From Euryarchaeota archaeon UBA59 (GTDB taxonomy: Archaea > Thermoplasmatota > Poseidoniia > Poseidoniales > Thalassarchaeaceae): a stretch of DNA of 27,017 bases. The notes under the pieces were generated by a model. The model did not search any database. It saw only the letters and a program-made list of their open reading frames with translations, and was not told the origin of the DNA. Position numbers and translations under genes: made by a program. The stretch is taken from contig DAVI01000033.1 in assembly GCA_002505495.1 (NCBI GenBank), positions 1 through 27,017 on the forward strand, in the 5' to 3' direction. Positions 21,423 through 27,017 of this stretch are shown here, in pieces (positions within the stretch are counted from its first letter, which is position 1; the number at the start of each line of letters is the position of its first letter).

Positions 21423-22778
21423 ATGTATCTAATCACGGTTGAGGGAGGCGATGGTAGCGGCAAAGGGGTAGCCACCAAAATCATCGCTGAAATCTGCGAC
21501 GAGTTCTCCTTCACCGATGTTGCCATCACGGCCGAACCTCGTCGTGACCACCCATTGGGGCAGTTGGCGGTGGAGGCCGTACGAACCGGAGAGGCAGGAC
21601 CGGTTACTGAGGCTAGCATGTTTGCAGCAGACCGTTTGGACCACTCGCACGCGTGGATCATCCCGAAACTCAAGGAGGGGCAGGTGGTCATCAGTGAGCG
21701 AAATGTGCATTCTTCACTCGTCTACCAGGGTATCGTCGGTGACTTGGGGCTTGAGGAGGTGGCGCGGCTCAACTCGGCGGCCTGTGTTCCCGACCTCTGT
21801 GTGTGGGTAGATTGCGACCCCGAGATGGCTTTGAACCGCATCTCAGAAGAAGGTCTCAAACTGGCGATTTCCACTCGCACAGACGACACTGAATACTTCG
21901 AGACAGACGAGTACCAAGTGAAGATTCGAGCAGGTTACACCCGCTTGCTCGGTGGTCAGGTTCCGATGCCGAAACCGTTCGACAAGGGAGTTGTGGTCGG
22001 GCCAATAGTCAACGATGGTACGAAAGACCAACTGAAAGAGAAGTTGAAGACTGCGCTTAGGGATTTCATCAACCGGAAGATGCTACCTCTGAATGTCGAC
22101 TCCGAGGTGGTTGACAGGCACCTGCTCACTGCGGCGTTGCAATGGCAGAAGCAGCAGCGTCGACTCGACGTGCTCGATTCCTCACCAGGCCGATTCAACG
22201 AAGATTGGCTGGGTAATGTGGCACCTTGGCGTGTGGTGAAGGAAGCGCACGCTATCTATCTCGAGGCACGCGATAATTGGGACGACGACCGCAGAGATGT
22301 ACCCCTGAATCCACTGCTTCATCCGATATTGTCGATTGTCGGGACATTATCTCTGATTCCCGGTGCTGAGGTTGTCAGTCTCCGTCGCTGGCTCGGTCCC
22401 GTTCGAATGGTGACCTATCGACACACCCAGCGGATGTTGAGATTCTTTGAGAAACAATCGGGATGGGTGCGCAAACACTCACCTCTTCTCGGTCGTAGCG
22501 GTCACAGTTACGAACTTCGGGCTGATTGGCAGGCATACGGGCGGCTTGGGTTGGCCATCTGGCCTCTGAAGGAAGAATTGGCAACTTGGCGCTCAGAGAA
22601 CCCTGAGGGAGGGTGGAAGCACTCGATATCGGCGATTCTCGGAAGAAACCCGAGCAAGGAGTTGCGAACGAAAGTCGACGCTTGCAACAAGCGACTTGAG
22701 CTGCTCGGCTCCGGCGTTGGGGAAACCGCCGCACCAACCGAGCTCGATGAGTTCCGAAACTGGTGGCGAGGCGGGTAG
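21423..22778 (+). CDS. tmk: Thymidylate (dTMP) kinase with about 230-aa C-terminal extension
   Basis: ITVEGGDGSGKG P-loop, TAEP, FAADR, SERNVHSSLVYQG, PDLCVWVD, FET; SD GGAGGCGGTG. Confidence 0.85.
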   Translation: MYLITVEGGDGSGKGVATKIIAEICDEFSFTDVAITAEPRRDHPLGQLAVEAVRTGEAGPVTEASMFAADRLDHSHAWIIPKLKEGQVVISERNVHSSLVYQGIVGDLGLEEVARLNSAACVPDLCVWVDCDPEMALNRISEEGLKLAISTRTDDTEYFETDEYQVKIRAGYTRLLGGQVPMPKPFDKGVVVGPIVNDGTKDQLKEKLKTALRDFINRKMLPLNVDSEVVDRHLLTAALQWQKQQRRLDVLDSSPGRFNEDWLGNVAPWRVVKEAHAIYLEARDNWDDDRRDVPLNPLLHPILSIVGTLSLIPGAEVVSLRRWLGPVRMVTYRHTQRMLRFFEKQSGWVRKHSPLLGRSGHSYELRADWQAYGRLGLAIWPLKEELATWRSENPEGGWKHSISAILGRNPSKELRTKVDACNKRLELLGSGVGETAAPTELDEFRNWWRGG

Positions 22779-22781
22779 AGT

Positions 22782-23561
22782 TCACTCTTCAGCGTCATCG
22801 GTTTCAGCATCATCAACTGATGGCACCAAACGGGCGTTGAGTGGGAGCAGAACTCTCCCGGCATCGAACTCAAACGACTTTGGATGAGCAGCGAACATCG
22901 CCGAGAACAAGAGCCCTATGCCTAGGCCCATCGGGAAGCCGGTCAGGAGCCGCTTCAAGTTCGTCGATTCATAGTCAGTGATGGCTTGCAGTCCACCATC
23001 GAGTGCGGTCGGCAGCAGGAGAAGTGCGATGCCGCCGAAGGCGACCATGAAGCGTTTGTCAGGGAGGTAGCACCACTCAACCCGTTCGTCGGGGAATACG
23101 GAGAGAATGGTGTCACGAATTGTCCAGCGATTGGCTCCCCGTCTGCTGAACAGAAGTGCAGCGAAGGCAATTCCGGCGAAAATCCCGATGTCGCGGGTGC
23201 AAACCGGCATCTGGTTGCCGTTGATAATCCACGAGCGCTCATATTTCTGATGGCAGTTGAGGTCGCCGAAGCCGTACACAAAGGCCGAAAATGGGTCCAA
23301 TTCGAGCCATGAGAACTTCCCCCCATGCTCCGCTTGATCGTGCCCCACACTCCCTTCATCGGAATGGGGTTGGTTGCCCCAACTGCTGTCGGATGCGTAG
23401 TCGAACAGATTCGCCCGGCCCGAGAGTTCTGGAATGGTTCCAGTGGGCAGTAGGGCCGGCACTAGAAAGGAGGCGACGAGGTAGCCGAACGAGAGTCCGA
23501 ACACCCAGTAGGATACTTTCACCTCGCGAACTCGGTCTTCAAGGCCACTGCGTTCGCTCAT
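22782..23561 (-). CDS. DUF2085-family membrane protein
   Basis: CHQKYERSW...GNQMPVCTRDIGI signature and several TM helices; start ATG 23561 (or 23582). Confidence 0.8.
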   Translation of the reverse strand: MSERSGLEDRVREVKVSYWVFGLSFGYLVASFLVPALLPTGTIPELSGRANLFDYASDSSWGNQPHSDEGSVGHDQAEHGGKFSWLELDPFSAFVYGFGDLNCHQKYERSWIINGNQMPVCTRDIGIFAGIAFAALLFSRRGANRWTIRDTILSVFPDERVEWCYLPDKRFMVAFGGIALLLLPTALDGGLQAITDYESTNLKRLLTGFPMGLGIGLLFSAMFAAHPKSFEFDAGRVLLPLNARLVPSVDDAETDDAEE

Positions 23562-23692
23562 GTGAGGAGGGCAGCGCACCATTCGTCATCATCGTTTGGC
23601 CGCGCGGGGTCGCTCCATCTTGCCTCTCAGATGGTTACATCGCGACATGAGTCAGCCGCAATCGCTTTCACGCGTGGGCAACAGGAGGTGCC

Positions 23693-24466
23693 ATGGTGGA
23701 GGTCGGCGTCAAGGACCTGATCGGCATCAGCATCGCACTCGGTGTGATGGTGGCGACGATGGGTTCCTTCCTCGCATTGTTCACCATCGGATTGCAGGGC
23801 GACCTTCTCGAAGCGGTCCGAGTCGGTGTCACCTTCGGGGCTTCTGTCACGGTCATCACGCTACTCTACGGAGGTTGGCGCCTGTTCGAAATCAAGCAGG
23901 GCGGAGGCGAGGAAGAGGGGGTCGACAAGGTCGCGTACATCCAAGATTTGCTTCGTCCAGTCGAGGCCCACGCGGCTGGTCTACCGTGGGCCTCGGAGAA
24001 GCCCTGGAGAGTCTCCACCCATGTCCGAACGGAGAGGGGTACCTTGAGCATCGACCTGCACGACATGGACTTGCCAGGGACTCGCAGAATACTCGATCTA
24101 CTGATAGTGAACAGGCCAGAAGTGGGAAGAATCCGCCTCATCACAGGGCGAGGAACTCACTCGATGGGCGAGCCGAAAATTCGACCGATGGTACACGAGC
24201 GGCTGAACCTTGTAGCCACGGCACTCGACTGGCAGATGTTGGTGAAGCCGGGATCAGTCACGCTGCGACCGATGGGGAAACGCCCCACCCTCAAGAAATG
24301 GCTGCTCCGATTCATCGTATTCGTAGGACCCATCACGGTCTCGATGGCCCTCTCCTTCCAAGACCTCGCAGGCAGCGGAGCCCGCGAACAGGGATTCTAC
24401 TTCGGACTCATCGCCGGCATCATCCTGACCGGGTTGCTCGCCTCCTACCGCCAGCGTTCTGCCTGA
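23693..24466 (+). CDS. Four-TM membrane protein with a central Smr domain
   Basis: Two N-terminal TMs; IDLHD (D121-H123) and LITGRGTHS (G152-G154) Smr motifs; two C-terminal TMs; SD GGAGGTG (start ATG 23693 or GTG 23696). Confidence 0.8.
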   Translation: MVEVGVKDLIGISIALGVMVATMGSFLALFTIGLQGDLLEAVRVGVTFGASVTVITLLYGGWRLFEIKQGGGEEEGVDKVAYIQDLLRPVEAHAAGLPWASEKPWRVSTHVRTERGTLSIDLHDMDLPGTRRILDLLIVNRPEVGRIRLITGRGTHSMGEPKIRPMVHERLNLVATALDWQMLVKPGSVTLRPMGKRPTLKKWLLRFIVFVGPITVSMALSFQDLAGSGAREQGFYFGLIAGIILTGLLASYRQRSA

Positions 24467-24548
24467 GTAGAGAGCGAGGCCGACTAATCGAGTGGCATCG
24501 GCGGAAGGTCGGGGCGAGACATGAGAACGCGGGAATCGCTTGACAGCG

Positions 24549-24626
24549 TGGTGCTCCTGTCGGGATTCGAACCCGAGTCGCCGGGATGAAAACCCGGAAT
24601 GATGGGCCGTGCTACACCACAGGAGC
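24549..24626 (-). tRNA. tRNA-Glu (anticodon TTC)
   Basis: Acceptor GCTCCTG/CAGGAGC, anticodon arm CCGGG-TTTTCAT-CCCGG, T arm TCGGG-TTCGAAT-CCCGA, discriminator A plus encoded CCA; no intron. Confidence 0.97.
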
Positions 24627-24672
24627 GACAACGCGGCGGGGATGGGTATAGTGCATGAACGGTTCGGTCCGC

Positions 24673-25272
24673 TCACTCCTCTTCATCACTGATGTCAAGA
24701 CCATCCCACCAGCGCCAGGCGGGGTATGCGAGAAGCGCTCCCGCAAGTGTGGTAAGAATGAATCCCGGCCCCAACAGGAAGTCGAGAAACTGCTCGCCGT
24801 AGAGCCCGACAACCGCGACCTCGACACCAAATCGGAGAGAGCGGCCAACGAATCCGGCTAGCACGAACGAATACTTGTCCATCTTGCCGATGCCGGCGCA
24901 CCAGCCGAGCACTTTGTAGGGAATCGGTGAGAATGCGGCGATGAAAATTCCGAAGGTGCCGTACTTCGTGACTAGCAAGTTGAACTTGGCGACCGCAGTT
25001 GGACTGGCGAACCTCTCGAGGAGGGGGTTGCCGAACTTGTCACCCATCCACCAAGCCACCAGCGAGCCGAGCACACTTGAGAGGGTGACAACCAAAAAAA
25101 TGGAGATCAGCCAAGACGGCTCTGCTGAGATTGCAGCCATTGGAATCACCAACGCATCGGGAGGGATCGGCTGGATGAACGCCTCCGTGAAGGAGAGCGC
25201 GCCGAGGCCTGCCAAGCCGAATTCACCGAACCAATCGGTTCCGTTTGAGATGAACTCACTCCAACTGCTCAC
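24673..25272 (-). CDS. DedA/YqaA-family (VTT domain) membrane protein
   Basis: SFTEAFIQPIPPD, SVLGSLVAWWMG, AAFSPIPYKV, GRSLRF. Start GTG 25272 (SD GAGGTGG) or ATG 25299; the 25446 extension overlaps nob1 and is rejected. Confidence 0.85.
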   Translation of the reverse strand: MSSWSEFISNGTDWFGEFGLAGLGALSFTEAFIQPIPPDALVIPMAAISAEPSWLISIFLVVTLSSVLGSLVAWWMGDKFGNPLLERFASPTAVAKFNLLVTKYGTFGIFIAAFSPIPYKVLGWCAGIGKMDKYSFVLAGFVGRSLRFGVEVAVVGLYGEQFLDFLLGPGFILTTLAGALLAYPAWRWWDGLDISDEEE

Positions 25273-25373
25273 GAGGCGTACGCCACCTCTGGTCCGCATG
25301 AAGGTTGCCGGTCCAGAAACAGATGCGAGGGGAAACCGACACTCTGATGAGCGTCCCAAGATGCCCGCTGACC

Positions 25374-25853
25374 ATGCGAGTGTTGGATACCGCCGCCCTC
25401 CTACACCTGCCGTTGCCCGAGTTGGACGGTGTCGTCGCCGACTCACAGAGAGATGAGATTGAACGTCTCTCCCCCGAACGGGCCTTCGCCCTCACCGCCA
25501 CCAAGTTGGTCTGGCAGCCCCCAACGCCGGCCTCACTCCAACGCGCTCGCGAGGTGGCGACTGAAACCGGTGACATCGCCGGCCTCTCACCGGTAGACCT
25601 CGACCTGTTGGCGCTTGCCATCGAGTTGGAGGCGGTCTTGGTCACCGATGACTATCGGTTGCAGAACTGCTGTGCAGCGGCAGGATTGGCCTGTGAAACC
25701 GTGCTGACTGATGGGATTCAGGAGAGCTGGACTTGGTATCTCAAGTGCGCCGGTTGCGGGGCTGAGCAGGAGGGTGCTTCGGAGTCTCCAGCGAAAGGGG
25801 AGCACGGCAGTTGCGATGTCTGCGGCTCGCCGCTGAGATTGCGCAAGAAGTGA
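25374..25853 (+). CDS. nob1: Nob1-family PIN endonuclease (16S rRNA maturation) with Zn ribbon
   Basis: MRVLDT, LSPVD, VTDDYRLQN, CAGC...CDVCGSPL. Confidence 0.92.
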   Translation: MRVLDTAALLHLPLPELDGVVADSQRDEIERLSPERAFALTATKLVWQPPTPASLQRAREVATETGDIAGLSPVDLDLLALAIELEAVLVTDDYRLQNCCAAAGLACETVLTDGIQESWTWYLKCAGCGAEQEGASESPAKGEHGSCDVCGSPLRLRKK

Positions 25854-25854
25854 G

Positions 25855-25889
25855 TTTCAGCCGAGTTGGGTGGCCCCGAACGGCTGAAA
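25855..25889. terminator. Strong hairpin between convergent nob1 and tatA
   Basis: TTTCAGCCG/CGGCTGAAA perfect 9-bp stem plus inner GGG/CCC pairing, 1 nt after the nob1 stop. Confidence 0.45.
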
Positions 25890-25935
25890 TCGCAGTTCGG
25901 TATTCTTGTGTGGAACCATGCGCCTGCGGCGATGT

Positions 25936-26211
25936 TCACTCCTCTTCGAGTTCCGCTTCGACTTCGGCGACGCTCTTCCCTTCGACTTCCACACCGACCT
26001 CTTCCGCGGCCTCGGTGATTGCTGCCGCCTCAGTCCGGCCGCCCCTCTCAAGGTCAGCCTCTGTGTTCTCAGTGTGGCTGTCGGTCAGCCCCTGTTGGAA
26101 CTCGCCCTTTGCCATTCCCAAAGAGCGGGCGATCTTGGGCAGCTTGTCGACTCCGAAGAAGAGCACAAACAGTGCTAGAATAATCAGCATCTCTCCTGTT
26201 GATGGCATCAT
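25936..26211 (-). CDS. tatA: Twin-arginine translocase subunit TatA/E
   Basis: MMPSTGEMLIILALFVLFFGVDKLPKIARSLGMAKGEF; acidic tail. The 26406 extension overlaps the MoaD-like gene and is rejected. Confidence 0.92.
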   Translation of the reverse strand: MMPSTGEMLIILALFVLFFGVDKLPKIARSLGMAKGEFQQGLTDSHTENTEADLERGGRTEAAAITEAAEEVGVEVEGKSVAEVEAELEEE

Positions 26212-26287
26212 CTGCGGTTCCCTCTGCATCCTTCGAGCCGGCCTCATCCATTCAATGATTCGCCCGTCAACTCCCTTCGAATTGGGT

Positions 26288-26548
26288 TCAACCGCCCGAA
26301 ACCGGCGGCAGGAAGGCGACTTCCGCAGCATCGGGAATCTCCTCGTCCGGCGAGCAGAGGACTCCATCAAGCGCCACCCGAGTACCCTGTTCGAGTGAAC
26401 TGCCAAGTTCGAGGCGAATGGCGAGGTCTCGGATGGTGGAGCCTAGCAGGAGTGCAATTTCGAGAGTAGGGGTGCCGAAGGCTTCCGCAAGTGGCCCAAA
26501 AAAGCGCACTGTGACCTTCACCGCCTCGTTGAACTCCGCCTCGCTCAT
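26288..26548 (-). CDS. MoaD/ThiS/SAMP ubiquitin-like protein
   Basis: VTVRFFGPLAE...EVAFLPPVSGG-stop; C-terminal diglycine; 86 aa. Confidence 0.9.
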   Translation of the reverse strand: MSEAEFNEAVKVTVRFFGPLAEAFGTPTLEIALLLGSTIRDLAIRLELGSSLEQGTRVALDGVLCSPDEEIPDAAEVAFLPPVSGG

Positions 26549-26574
26549 CCGATTGACGGGGGGCCTAACATGGG

Positions 26575-26581
26575 TATAATA
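26575..26581. promoter_or_regulatory. Candidate bidirectional TATA box (TATAATA / TATTATA)
   Basis: Lies midway between ATG 26548 (-) and ATG 26605 (+), 24-27 nt from each. Confidence 0.55.
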
Positions 26582-26604
26582 GGTGCTTCCGACACCACCG
26601 CTGC

Positions 26605-27017
26605 ATGACTACGGTACTGGAGGCGAAGGGGCTCTGGAAGGTCTACGACATGGGCTCGACTAAGGTTCAGGCCTTGCGAGGTGTTGACCTTTCGATTGAA
26701 GCGGGAGAGATGGTCGCCATCATGGGTCCGTCCGGCTGTGGCAAGACGACGCTGCTGAACTGTGTGTCGAGTCTGGATGAGTTTTCTGCCGGCGAAGTCT
26801 TGGTCGATGGTCGCCCGCTTTCCGAGATGTCGGACCGTGAACGGACGACGATGAGGGCAGAGCGCCTCGGATTCGTCTTCCAGTCGTTCAACCTCTTGCC
26901 AGTCCTCTCAGCTGCCGAGAATGTCGAAATGCCCCTCTTGATAGTCGGGGTCCCACCCAAGGAGGCGAGGGAGAGGGCGCTTGGCGCGTTGGAGTCAGTC
27001 GGTCTGCGCGACTGGGC
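26605..27017 (+). CDS. ABC transporter ATP-binding protein, LolD/MacB-like, 5' part; runs off the right edge; not in the ORF track
   Basis: Manual translation MTTVLEAKGLWKVY...ALRGVDL...GPSGCGKTTLL...GFVFQSFNLLP. Confidence 0.93.
   Translation, partial: MTTVLEAKGLWKVYDMGSTKVQALRGVDLSIEAGEMVAIMGPSGCGKTTLLNCVSSLDEFSAGEVLVDGRPLSEMSDRERTTMRAERLGFVFQSFNLLPVLSAAENVEMPLLIVGVPPKEARERALGALESVGLRDW

Noticed and set aside
23596-24543. 315-aa alternative-frame ORF overlapping the Smr gene
   Set aside because: Arg/Gly/Pro-rich frame-shadow composition with no motifs.
25298-25371. Box C/D-like motifs TGATGA (25345-25350) and CTGA (25368-25371) just before nob1
   Set aside because: The 17-nt spacing, lack of a convincing second box pair, no closing stem and no recognisable rRNA-complementary guide make chance likely; a covariance-model search or L7Ae RIP-seq could revive it.

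Overview
Archaeal chromosomal window with no mobile element or CRISPR array. Gene content (archaeal prepilins, KaiC-family ATPases, Nob1, bacterial-type gyrase, large PKD/CARDB surface proteins, GGAGGTG ribosome sites, apparent leaderless TATA promoters) suggests Thermoplasmatota, probably Marine Group II/III (inference). Order: partial aroA; a minus-strand cluster of prepilin, three KaiC/RecA-fold genes (Walker-A-degenerate, P-loop-less, intact) and a prepilin-like lamin-tail protein; a divergent multi-Ig surface protein; tRNA-Ser(GCT); aroD; gyrB-gyrA; four membrane-anchored surface proteins (beta-sandwich protein, HExxH metallopeptidase-PKD giant, glutaminyl cyclase, carboxypeptidase-regulatory-like protein); dTMP kinase with a long C-terminal extension; DUF2085; a four-TM Smr protein; tRNA-Glu(TTC); DedA/YqaA; nob1; tatA; MoaD/SAMP; partial LolD-like ABC ATPase. 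Best candidates for novelty: (1) a membrane-tethered Smr nuclease with intact DLH/GRG motifs, (2) a dTMP kinase fused to a predicted winged-helix domain, (3) a KaiC module that looks split into CI-like and CII-like halves between two prepilins. All family calls come from motif recognition by eye; no database search was run.
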